Below, one piece after another: positions 1 through 11,596 of a stretch of DNA of 64,000 nt. The notes below the pieces were generated by a model. It was not told the origin of the DNA and made no database searches. It saw only the letters and a program-made list of their open reading frames with translations. Within the stretch, counting starts at the first letter, position 1. Each line of letters begins with the position of its first letter. The stretch comes from Paraspadella gotoi (taxonomy: Eukaryota > Animalia > Chaetognatha), in the NCBI GenBank assembly GCA_051294375.1, contig CM119266.1, forward strand, positions 25,064,659-25,128,658. Reading direction: 5' to 3'. A program made the translations under genes and the position numbers.

Positions 1-119
<119 letters not shown>

Positions 120-410
120 GAAGCAGCAGAGGGTCTTTCCTCCTCTTCCTCCTTTACTCTCCGTCCTTTCCCGGGTGATGGGCCACCGTCTCATCCGTCG
201 ACGATGGTGACGACGACGACGACAGCGACGACGACGAAGATTCGTCGTCGTCGTCGCTGCTGGAAAATACCCCCGCGTCAAGAAGGATTTTTCTACGGAC
301 GATGCAAAAAAATTTTTCGCCGAAAAAATCCAACAGTTAAATTTTTTTTTTTCCGATAAATTTTTTTTCCCCGCTATATGAAATTTTGGAGCGACGCACG
401 TTACGACAAA

Positions 411-472
411 CGCCGCTAGAGGGCGTGGTTTTAAGATGTGGTTCGCTGGAGGGCGGTGTGTTGACACCAATC
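411..472 (+). promoter_or_regulatory. Motif cluster: two CTCF-like/GC-box elements 30 bp apart and a CCAAT box
   Basis: CCGCTAGAGGGCGT (413-426), TCGCTGGAGGGCGG (443-456) and CCAATC (467-472), about 0.5 kb upstream of the ATG. Matched by eye only. Confidence 0.3.
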
Positions 473-612
473 GGTCTTTAATGGTTTCTCTCCACGTCTT
501 ATTGTCCTCTGCCCTTCTAATTAACCCATGAGGGATTGCGAGGAAATTGTTGCTGCTATTGACCACTTGGTCTTTACTCGTCTTTACTCATAACCCCTTC
601 TCCCCTTTTCAG

Positions 613-949
613 GTTTCGCCGGAGCGGACTATTCCCACGCCCACTTCCGGCGAATGGAATCGCCGTGACCCTCGTCCCCCGCCGTACCAGCGCCATCGCG
701 TTGCGGATCGCGGAAGATTTCATTTTTTTTTTTTAAAAACAGAAATAAACAAAATTGAAACGAAATTAAAAAAAAAACCCACGAAAAATACTCAGCCGCT
801 TTTCTTCCCCCCAACGAAATTTGGAGGAACGACGGGATCGACGTCAAAACAGCGAGTGACGCTTTTCCGGTAGATGGTGACGTCTGTCCGACGTCGACGA
901 CGACGAGAGACGACGAACAATCGGACGATCAGCGCGACGTCGTGACGTC
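613..949 (+). other. Putative 5' UTR part of the first coding exon, beginning at a splice acceptor
   Basis: Long pyrimidine tract ending ccttctccccttttcag| at 612, followed by CpG-rich sequence leading to ATG 950. This implies an upstream non-coding exon or a trans-splice site. Confidence 0.4.
874..945 (+). promoter_or_regulatory. Upstream ORF MVTSVRRRRRETTNNRTISATS* ending 4 nt before the collagen ATG
   Basis: ATG at 874-876 and TGA at 943-945, out of frame with the main ATG at 950. A second tiny uORF, MESP*, lies at 654-668. Confidence 0.5.
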
Positions 950-960
950 ATGACGTCGCG
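933..960 (+). promoter_or_regulatory. 28-bp near-palindrome / RNA stem-loop enclosing the start codon; also contains a perfect CRE (TGACGTCA, 943-950)
   Basis: CGCGACGTCGTG-ACGT-CATGACGTCGCG: positions 933-944 pair with 949-960 (11 Watson-Crick pairs and 1 G-U), leaving a 4-nt loop. Confidence 0.6.
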
Positions 961-1055
961 GGAACGCCCACGGTCGGCGGCGTCGACGGCGCGACTTCTC
1001 CTCGGCGTCCTCGGGGTGGCGTTGCTCGCGTCGAGAGCGGCGGCGCAAGGGGAAC
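950..1055 (+). CDS. ColA: Fibrillar collagen alpha chain (clade A type), first coding exon: signal peptide MTSRERPRSAASTARLLLGVLGVALLASRAAA|QGE
   Basis: ATG at 950 with G at -3. Basic n-region, hydrophobic core LLLGVLGVALLA, and an A-A-A|Q cleavage site. Ends on a consensus donor C|gtgagt in phase 1, which matches the phase-1 acceptor of the vWFC exon at 53510 (joins as QGE-PPAIPC). The link across ~52 kb is inferred. Confidence 0.78.
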
Positions 1056-1499
1056 GTGAGTACGAGGGGTGGTAGGAGTGGAAGATTCTGAAGGTGTTGT
1101 GGGGCGAGGGGGGAGTTGTCGGAATATGCATTCATTATTCACTTCTCCATCATGGGGAAGGGAGGGGGTTTATTTGAAGTTAAATTCTATATTTATTTCG
1201 TTTATTTCATCGCGCTCATATTTTTGTTTGTTCTGTTAATTGACCCGGGTTCGTTTTCGTGATCTAGTTTCGTGGTTGGTGGTACAGTTTATCGCTTAGC
1301 CTTGACAGAGAATACATCCGATTAAGTTTTAAATTTACTTATTCATTTAGTTCGAGGATCAAGTATTTATTGTTCATCATATTTTATAATTTCATGTTTT
1401 TCTCGGATGTGTTTACTTTGCTTTGGTTCGATTCCAAAGCCTTTCCTTCTCTTTCATATAGTCTAAAGCAAAAATATAGACTTTTTCTTCTTTACTCGC

Positions 1500-1537
1500 T
1501 TTACTTTACTTTACTTTACTTTACTTTACTTTACTTT
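1500..1537 (+). repeat. (TTTAC)n pentanucleotide repeat
   Basis: About 7 units. Confidence 0.9.
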
Positions 1538-1798
1538 AATTTTTCGTCCAATCGGCTAAACCACCGCCTCTCATTCCTTATTCCTTCCTGATCGGTGAAC
1601 GTAACTGTCGAATTTTGAGGGAACGCCAATCGGGAACTTAATTTATATGGAAACAAAAAATACTAACAAATTTAAAAAAAAACATTGAAATATATTAGTG
1701 TTCTTCTCCGCTTTTTAAAATTCCTTCCCGCATGCATTATTTGTCCTATAATGCATATTTATGCTTTATTGCATTCTTACAAGAGAAGAAGAGAGAGA

Positions 1799-1831
<33 letters not shown>

Positions 1832-4510
1832 GAATGTGCGCCTCTTCGATCGAACCTTGAAACACATTTGGGTGAAGCATCGTAACGATTCGGCCCGAAC
1901 TCTAAACGAACCCAATGTTCACCGGGAAAACTTTTTTTTTAGAAAAGTCGAAACCTTTTTTCCTTGTAACCCGAGTTGAATACTAATCCCCCAAAACCAC
2001 CTTTGAATCTACCCCCCTAACTCCCACCACCGTTCCACTCCGCCTGCCACCTCACATCCGCTCGACTTTTCTCCAAAATTGTTTCCCCCTTTTTTTCTTC
2101 TTTCTCTTCTTTTCATAGAAATCTTTTCTCCCCACTTTCCGATTTTCACTTTCTACTTTCCACTTTCTTTAGAAAGAAAACCACTCTCAAGTTTCCTATT
2201 CAGAGGAGTTCACGGCGACCCCATTTGTAATCACACTCTCATATATAATTGCCCAATTGTCCGTCAGTCGACGAGCCGGTCGCGTCCGTCCTGACCAACT
2301 TCCGTCTCGAGCCTTCGCGAGGTTTACGAGGTGGCGAACCGACACTGACTACGTCGACGAACCCCTTGAGCTCTTTAAACTCCATTTCACCGCCGACTGC
2401 GTTCACTCGGTTCGACACAGTAACCCGTCGAACGAACACGGCACGGCAGAGTGACCAATGACCTCACATTGCATGGCACATTGACCCGGTTCGGCATAGT
2501 TATCGCTGAACCAGGAAATCGGACGTTTGTTTTTTTGTTTTTTTTTCTTCAGATCTTTCCCTCAAACGGTCGTGAAACAGACTAAAGCCGGTCAAAGCCC
2601 AATTTCGGCCCGCACAAACCTGGGCATTTATCGGCCTTTGCCCGACTGCCCCCGATTTTCACAATCCTTCCTCTTTCCTCGTCGCGTTGCACGACGTGAT
2701 GGTTGGTGTTATCATTTCTGTCGTCATACATCGTTTTTGTTATTGAATTCATTAACGTTCGTTCTCCGCGATCTTTTGAACGCGAAAGATCGCATATCAT
2801 TCGATCGCGCCTACTCCTAGCGGATGAAATGGCGAAGCTGTTTTTCGAACAAACGGCTAACGCCAAATCATTTCGATAACCTTCGACCATCAGAAAATCC
2901 CCATAAAACCCCGTAATGAGCGAGCCTTTACTCTTGGGTACGTTTATAAAAACAAAACCAAAACTATCGAATATTTAAAATCCCCGATTAAAAACGAAAA
3001 AAAAAAATAAAGAAATTCCCCAAATAAAAAAAGATTCGTCGAATCTGGATGAGTGAAAAACCACCTGACGCATTCCTTCGCACATTCGATCCTTTACATG
3101 CTGACCTTCAACATCCCATCTTTTCTCCCAACCCCTTCCACCGCCTCCCCCTTTCGATATATCGATCCCCGACTGCCGACAACCGTCTAGAGATCACGTG
3201 ACCCAAAAATCTCTTACCTTCTCTTCTATCCCGCGAGAGGGGGGCGAAAGAGGAGAAAGCTCCGTGAGGAGAGCGGGATGGGAAACGGCTGAGAACGAAG
3301 AACGAAAAGTGATTTGTTGTTTTTCAAACTTTTTTTATTTCATCATGCGCGCATTTCTCTCTCTCTCTCTCTTTTTCTTTTTCTCCATTTTAAATGTTTG
3401 AACAGTTTGAGTCGTAACTCGTAAACGGTTGGCCTGACTGACGAACCTGGTCGGAATGAGGTTAAGCTCAGATGGGATGAGCCGATTTAAGAAACCCTGA
3501 TCATGTTGAAAGTTTAGCCATGTTTTAGTCAAGTTAATACAGGTTAAGCTCCGGTTTTATGATCCAGAGAACAAAATAAAAATAAATAATTTTAAAAACG
3601 ATCTTATTACCAAAAAAAATAGGACTTGCATTTTAAATTTCCTTGAATCCACTTTTTCAATATCAAGTTTTTGTTTTTTTTTCGCTTAAAAAGTTTTCTT
3701 TCCTTATCCTTGGCGTTAGCCCTTTTTTTTTACTCCTATTCCACCGCGAGATGTCTCTTTCGACGGAGAAAAAAAAATTTCGGAGGCAAAGGATCTCATC
3801 GGAAACCGAGGACAAAAGATCAGCGAATTTAAGGAAAACTGAAGTCTAAACCTTCGCTTCCAGAAAGAAAAAAAAATAACACTAACAGAGGATGATTTAA
3901 TGGGATTAATTTGAATCTCTTAAATTGATTTAAATCTCCCCCTTTTGTTGCCCGACATTCCAAGGATTTTGAGGGAAAGATTCTATCCGAGTCGAAAAGA
4001 AGCAACGGGGATAAATTCCAGGGTTCATTTTCTCAAGATTTTCACTTCACAGAGAATAACGGAACATTGTTAAAGTATATCGGTTCTCAATCATTTTTTC
4101 GAAGTATATCATATTCCTGTGGAATTATCAAATGATTCTTTTATTTCATGAATTGTCAATACAATTTTTTTCCACAGAAATAACTGGTAATTGGTCAGTT
4201 TTCTTTCTCGCGCTGGTATCGGAAAAATAAATATGATGCTAAATCTAAATTTGTTAAAGAATTAATTTTGTTGGTATATACTATTTGTTCGATTCGCGTG
4301 CCTCTCGCCAGATTAGTATTTTTTTTCCAAAATCCCAGGCTCTTCTTTCGCCGGTTCTTTTTATTTGACTTGTTTAATTCAATTTATTCAAAAAAAATCT
4401 TAAACTTCTGCCGAGAATTACATCGGAAAGCGTCGTCGTAAAAACGAAGGCAAGCCCTCTTTTATTACTATTTCATAAAGCTTACCTCTCTCTCGTCTCT
4501 CTTCTTTCTC

Positions 4511-4583
<73 letters not shown>

Positions 4584-4737
4584 CTCTCTCTCTCCTTTAA
4601 AAAAAAAAAAAGAAACCTAAAAAAAGCTTTCCTTTTTTGGAGGTTCTGTAGGAAGAGTTCAAAAAGATAATTTATCTTCGGAGCGAACGCTTTGAAAGGC
4701 ATCGTCGGCCTTGGCCTGAAGTCACTACACATTTTCT

Positions 4738-4794
4738 CGTGCCCTCTTGCCCCCTAATTTCGCCGTGCCTTCTTGCCCCTTAATTTCGCCGTGC
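4738..4794 (+). repeat. 2 x 26-bp tandem repeat
   Basis: cgtgccctcttgccccctaatttcgc / cgtgccttcttgccccttaatttcgc. Confidence 0.85.
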
Positions 4795-4910
4795 TTACCT
4801 CGCTCAAGAAAGGAGACCGGGTGATAATGATTACATTTATCGTATTATATTTACCTCAGCTGTTTCAAAAATTTGAAAGATGATCTCTCTCTCACCCCCC
4901 CCCCCCCCCC

Positions 4911-5012
<102 letters not shown>

Positions 5013-5600
5013 CTCTCTCTCTCTCTCTGTAGTAAGGTTCACATTTTTGTTGACTCGGAACCTTCAAATCCTCTTTTCTTGTGTGTGTGCGTCTGTGTGT
5101 GTCTCCTTATTAAATTTTTGTCCTCGCGACGTTATCACATGGCGCCTGGGAGGTTTTTTTTTCGGCAGTAATACTCTGGGAGGAAAAGAAAAATAAATAA
5201 CTTTATCCCTTGTGGAAATTTCCAGAAAAAACTAAAATTAAGTCCCGCTTGAGCCTAGAGAAAAGTAAGACTTAAAAATCGAGAATCAGTTTTGAAATTT
5301 AAATAATTTTAAGATTTACGAATTTGTGACTATATAACCCAGGATTTTTCCGTCGACGAAATAAAATATTTAACGTAAAACTCTCACGGGTTCTTCGACA
5401 TTATTATCCGTTTTTTAAATATTTTTTTTTGGTGAGAGCGTATTTTTGGGTATGCGTATGTATGTTTTTGTTTCTCGCTTTATTAGTTTTAAAAACAAAA
5501 GAGCAGCCGAAAGAGGCGGCAGCCTGTCTGACCTCAATCAAACTCCCCTTCTTTATGCCGCCTTTAATTATCTGAGCGACTTTCGTCCTCTTCCCCCCTT

Positions 5601-5707
<107 letters not shown>

Positions 5708-6408
5708 TACTTATTTTCCCCCTTCTCTCTCTGTTTATTTTTAGGGGATGTCTCCCGAATGATGCCCCTTGAAAGGCTCTTTCATTTTTATGGTCCATCA
5801 AACTCTAAACCTTTGACAGACTTTCCTTTTAAAATTAAATATTTTGAAAACTGCTCACGTTTTGCATTATACGTGAAATAAAAAGCCGCAAAGACGTTTA
5901 AGGGTCAAACTCAAAAAGAAATGATATTTTTTTCAGTCCTCTTTGAATTTCTTGAAATTTCTAAGAATGACGGTTAGTTGATGTTTTTCATTTGAAAGGG
6001 AAAAGAATAAAAAAAATAGTATACAAAAGGGGTCGAAAAAGAAATCAAACGAGAGATTTTAAAAATGTCTTTGGCTGCTGTTGTGTAATTGTCTATAAAC
6101 AGGCAGAATTCACTAAAACAGTAAAACGTATTGTATCCTCATAAAATCCTATATAGGACGTACGCCTAAAGCCTTTTTTTTCCCCGTCCTTAAACGAGCC
6201 GGTTTGATTATTTTTTCAGGCGCTCGTCGCGGAGAAGGGGATCCGCCAAGAGTTATATTTCCTATTCGAAATATATACTTACTTGAGCGGGAGAGCGGGC
6301 GAAACACAAACCTTACTTTGTGTAACTAATTTATCCGCAAGTTTATTTTTTTGCCATAAGTTAGCCTTTTTTTTTTCAGCAAATTTAGAGGCGATGATGG
6401 AATTGTTT

Positions 6409-6433
6409 NNNNNNNNNNNNNNNNNNNNNNNNN
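6409..6433. other. 25-N assembly gap, one of six (others at 19161-19185, 27457-27481, 29947-29971, 51525-51549, 63791-63815)
   Basis: N runs counted directly. Other gaps lie at 28503-28794, 31022-31136, 31396-31938 and 58262-58271. Confidence 0.98.
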
Positions 6434-9400
6434 AGAGAGAGAGAGAATGATATGAAAATAATTTTTACAAACAAACAGCGGTTTAAAATAGCGTTTACTC
6501 AACATCGATTTTAAAAAAAAAAGCATACACTGTTTGTTACATATCTATTTATATTTCTCTGCTCTCTTTTCTTTATGCTTGCCACTGTGATCTTCTTCTT
6601 CATCGTGTTTACTTTTCTCTCCTCGTGTATGCGACATGATTCCCTTAAAAAAAAAACAACGAATATAAAGTGCTTAGAAGTTAACATGAAAATTTAAAAA
6701 ACAAATTTTGTTACATTTCGTTGACACAATTCTAATTCCTTCTATCTTTTTTTCTACGCAGTTTACTACTCTAAATCAAATAGTATTTGTGCAGTACGAT
6801 GCTGCATACGAGTTGGTTTGACTATCTCTACCTCCTCTGTCAATTCACATTCCGTGAATTTCGAAGACAAATACATAAGAAAACGACATTAATTTTACTG
6901 AGAACTCTTGTCTGTTTCACACACTGAGTGAGTCTTATTTTATTCACTTTGGCTCCTGTCTCGCAAATCGCAACACGAGACACCACCAAGGAGACCAATG
7001 CGCAGAGAGATCCATGCTGTCGCGCCTTTTCGCTGTTATTGACGAAACAAGAGAGGATATTTGCTCTATAAATATATATGTTATTGATAAAATTTCTCTT
7101 CACTGAAGGACTACGCTGGAATACTCGGAACAGTTGTGCTCTTATTATACAAAATTGTATAAAAATATGTTGAAGTTATTCTTTACGGGACTTAATTAAA
7201 GAGCTAGATCGTCAGTTATATACCATTGTATTAAATATAATTGTTTTATTAAAACTAAATTATGTTATATTTGTGGTACAAATTATATTTTTTTAGACCA
7301 CTATATCTGTGTATCATTTCAATTGCTACGTTTTATTTTTTTTCCTCAGATTCTGTATTTCACACTCGTGCTATTGCACTTAATTGTGAATTCGTTCTTG
7401 TTTATATCGCTGCATCTTCCTGAACGAATTTAGGAGTTTCTGTGTACATTTTATTAGAGATTTTAATATATCCTTTTCAACTGGGGTCACAAAAATAAAT
7501 TTATTGTATTATTATTTGAAATTTTCTTAATAACTTAAATTTTAACGTAAATAAAATTTCTTTTCTGATTTTTATGAACTATTTAATGTCATACGGTTCG
7601 CGTTACACTCCACCTTTTCATTGTGATCAGGCCAAATACAGCAGTTATCCTACGATATAAAGCTGTTCTCTCTTGTTATTCTGTTTTCTCAAGATTCACC
7701 GCTCCACTCCGACTTGGTGATCTGCCTTCTTTCTCTCTCTCTTCTCTCTCTTTCTCATCTCTCTTCCGGCGGATAAAAAAACGAGGATCGTGCGCGAAAA
7801 TATAATGAACCATGAAAGTCCTCCTTGCGGTTTATCCATTCCTAATCCAGAGATAAACAAAATCCTTTCTCCTCTCCCTCCGTTCTTTTCTTTTTTTTAT
7901 CTTTTTTTTTCATGCGTGCTACTTCTTATTTGTCCTTTGTTCGAGAGTAAAAATTTAAAATCATCCGAATTAGACCATTCTAGAAAAATGTATATCACAT
8001 ATCCTTTAGTAAAAGGATATTTGATGCAATATTTATTTAAAAAAATTACCATATTTCTGAATTTACTAATCCCTCTTTAAAATTTTTTTAAGCAGCTGTT
8101 CTTCTATTTTTTGTAGTGTTAAATCATTTGTAGAAGTTATAGGCCAAAAAATATCGCTAACTCTCTAAATGGAAATATAATAAAATAAACCGATATTTAG
8201 TTTTTTATTATTTTTAGTATTTTAGCTTATTTTGTATTCTCTATATGAAATACAGTTTCCTCTTTAAAATGTTTTTTTACTTTGGTAAATGTTAATGGCA
8301 TTGTGCCGTTTTTTGGTTCAAAAAGTACTATTATAGTTCTCTGGCATAAAAACAAATGCAAAAATATTAATATTCAGGGTAAAAAAAATTATGAATATGC
8401 AGGGCAATAATAAATGGGTATTATCTAAATACCTTAAAAAATGTTTTAAACCCATATTTTGGTAATACTTTTTTATTGAATGATAAATTTTTCAACAATT
8501 TATGTTGTATATACTTTTTTTCCATAGATAGTATATTCGTTAATCGAACCGATGCAAGCGGGTTTAAGAAGCGAGCAGAAAGATTACCTTCGCGTTTTTT
8601 GTTTTTTCTTTAGCACTGTATTTCAGACACTGGCCTCCTCATTCATGATCCAATCGATCAAAGATTTTAACGCTTTTTACCTTTCCTTCATCCAAAATTC
8701 ACCATGCTCCAGGCAGTCTGCAGCATTCCACTCGTTTTTAAAATCGCTTTTTTGCTCGTTGAATCATTGTGATATCGTGTTCGCAGTTGTTGCGGTGTGT
8801 ACATTATGAAATCGTCTGGGATACATCGCTCTTTGTCCACAAGTCAAGTCAAATATATAGAACTTTATAATAGAAGATTCATTAATTTTCTTCTCTGATT
8901 ATAGTGTGGAGAGATAAGGGCTTTGAGAGGAGGAATAGAAACGTATCTGGTTTCACGAGCACAAGTTTGCGGTTATAGGCATCGAGGAATTTGTGTGTAA
9001 GAAATTATAGCTTATATTGGAGAGAGAGAAGCAAGAAAAGACATAGAGATTTTGTTTTTCCACAAGAAACAGAGTAGAAGAGTGATAGTTAATATGGAGG
9101 TGTAAGGATTACGAAAGGGCTGCTGTGAGATTTGACTGTGCATTTAGTTGTTCATACCTCACTTCAAACTATTATTACAATGCAACTAAGCTCCAACATA
9201 GAGGCCGCGAGGAGAAATCTTGTACTTCCATTCACGAGATTTAAAAATAATAACTTTAGAAAGGATTAAATTTACTATATACTGAGAGTGAGAATCTTCC
9301 GAGGCGAATTTATTATGAAGTAGCACCATGAATTTAGTTCGAGAGCCATGTTAAGTGAGGTGTTTATTAACGAAAAAAATAAAAGAATGTGGAGAACTAA

Positions 9401-11596
9401 TTAGACAAAGTACATCGGATGAGAATGGAGAATTTAGATTATGAGAAATACCGCGAGCCACCGAAATGTGCAGAGAGAGAGAGGTGGTGCGGAGCAGAGC
9501 AGAGGATAGAGAAGTTGAAGGAGAAAAACACAATAAATACTCGCTCTCTTATATTTTACCTTTTCAAGGCTTTTGACTTCAAAATTCTTTTGTTATAGAA
9601 AAAGCTTAGTATTAATGAATAGATATAAAAGCGAGGTAGCTGCAATTAAATAACTCTCCTCGTCTAGACTTAGCAAACGAGGGGAGGCTCTTTCACCCAT
9701 TTTTATTTATTTTATTTTCCTTTTTTTTAGTTCTATGACGTCACCAAATGTGTTTTCGCTACTTTATTCATTTAAAGAATCGTCCCCTGAGAAAACTGAG
9801 AAGGGAAAGAGTAGAAGAGTAGAACCGTCAGGTTGCGAATCTGAAATGGGAAACACTTATCTGAAAAAGTAAAGAAGGATTTTTCCCCAAACTTTATAAT
9901 TTAACTAGAAATCTAAAGCTAAGCGCGCAATTTACAGAACTCTATTTCTCTGTTCTCCAAATGCGATTAGCGTACTAAAATTGACATCATTGATGCCACA
10001 AATAATTTGAATAGAGAACAAATTTCAAAATAAGCCTTTGTATTAATTTATTTGAAGATAAAAAAATAAGCAAAAGGGGGCAGATATAGTACGTAATTTA
10101 TTATTGCTCTAAAGCTGTCCTTTTTTTTTATTTCTGGCCTGAACTCTTTCCCAGTTAACCAGTTTGCGGCAGCCGGGCGTAGTTGAGCTGGGGCGGTGGC
10201 GGCGTCAGGAACGGCGGTGGGTTGCGAAATGTAGAGGTGGTTGGTGGTTGGTGGGGGTTGCTTATGCCGGTGGGCCCGCGTTTTGCCGATGAGATTTTAG
10301 AAGAATTATTTGCGAATGGCAGGATTGACAGAGTGGGTGGCGAAAGCGTCAAGGGTCCCGCGTGGGCGTTGGCTCAGAATCATTACATTTCCTTTGTTTT
10401 TTTTCTCTTAGGAATTAATGAAAACCCGATTGTGTAAGAGTTGGAACTAAGTCGTGCTTTGGTCGAGATACCGCAAAGGAAAAATAAGCAAGAGAATGGC
10501 AATTTATTTTCTACTATCTTTAGTAGTAGTGAGAATAACAGTGTGAAACTACAAAAAAAGAAAAATATTAATATAAAATATTATTTAAAGAAAAATCAAA
10601 TTTGGACGAAAGAAAGAAACGAAACTCAGGTCTTCCTTTTTTTTTTTCGTACAATTTTTTCATCTTGCTATGTATATCACCAACGGGATGAAAATATATC
10701 TGTCCGCCGTTGGTGGGCATTTCCAAAATTTTTGCTGCGAATTTAAGATTTACTGCATTATTGAACAAGCTTCAAATGCTACGCCATCCTGCCAAAATGA
10801 CTTTGAGCCGGAATTGAAAAAGATCCACTGCATCAAATACATCACACACTTAATTAAAAACTTCCAACAAAGTTTCCTATTCCGTTTTCGTGAAATTAGA
10901 AAATGTAAAAATGCAAACATCGTTCTGTCTTTCAAAATTCTCTCTCTCTTCTGTCTCCTCTCTTCGTCTTCTCTCCTCTCTCTTCTCTTCATCTCCTTCT
11001 TTCTCCTCTCGTCTTATCTTCTGTCTCTCTCTCTCTCTAATCAATCATTCAAATGTGAAAAATGTATCTCATACTATCTAAATCATCGAAAATCCGGCTG
11101 CCGCATTATTTTCCCCTATTTTTTTTAAATCTTCATTAAACTCCGTTCTTTCACTTATATTCGCTTCGATCTTGTAGCGGCATCTGCTTTCCAAAAGCCA
11201 GAATTCCGGCTCCTAGTAAACTCCTACACCTCTTGTGTCTCCTGTTCCCCGGCTCTCGCCCCGCTCTCCGTTCCTAACCTTCTTCGTGACTTCCGAGGAT
11301 GCCTCCCTCCCCTGCCCCTGCCCCTGCCCCCGTGTCGCTTCCCCTTCCCCTCCCCTTCCCACTTCTTCATCCTAATTACATTTTTTTGCCCGGCAAAAAT
11401 GATGGAAAAAAGAGAAGAAAAAAAAAAAAGAAAAACATTGCCAAAATTTATTTCAACAGAGCGGTGATAAAGAATAAAATGGAAAGAGATGTAGTCTCCA
11501 CTTCTCAGAATTAATAACAAATAAATTCTTCCTCCAGGCACGTCTGCGTTGGGTCTCCTTGGGGTCTCTTTTTGGATTGAGAACAGATATATGTAA

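Noticed and set aside
7101-7138. Second hammerhead-like string (cactgaaggac...ctcggaacagttgtg)
   Set aside because: Both core boxes are mutated (CTGAAGG, GGAAC) and the region is noisy, so it cannot be supported.
9321-9341. TAGCACCATGAATTTAGTTC, resembling miR-29/miR-998-family mature sequence
   Set aside because: No complementary hairpin arm, and it lies in error-laden read sequence.
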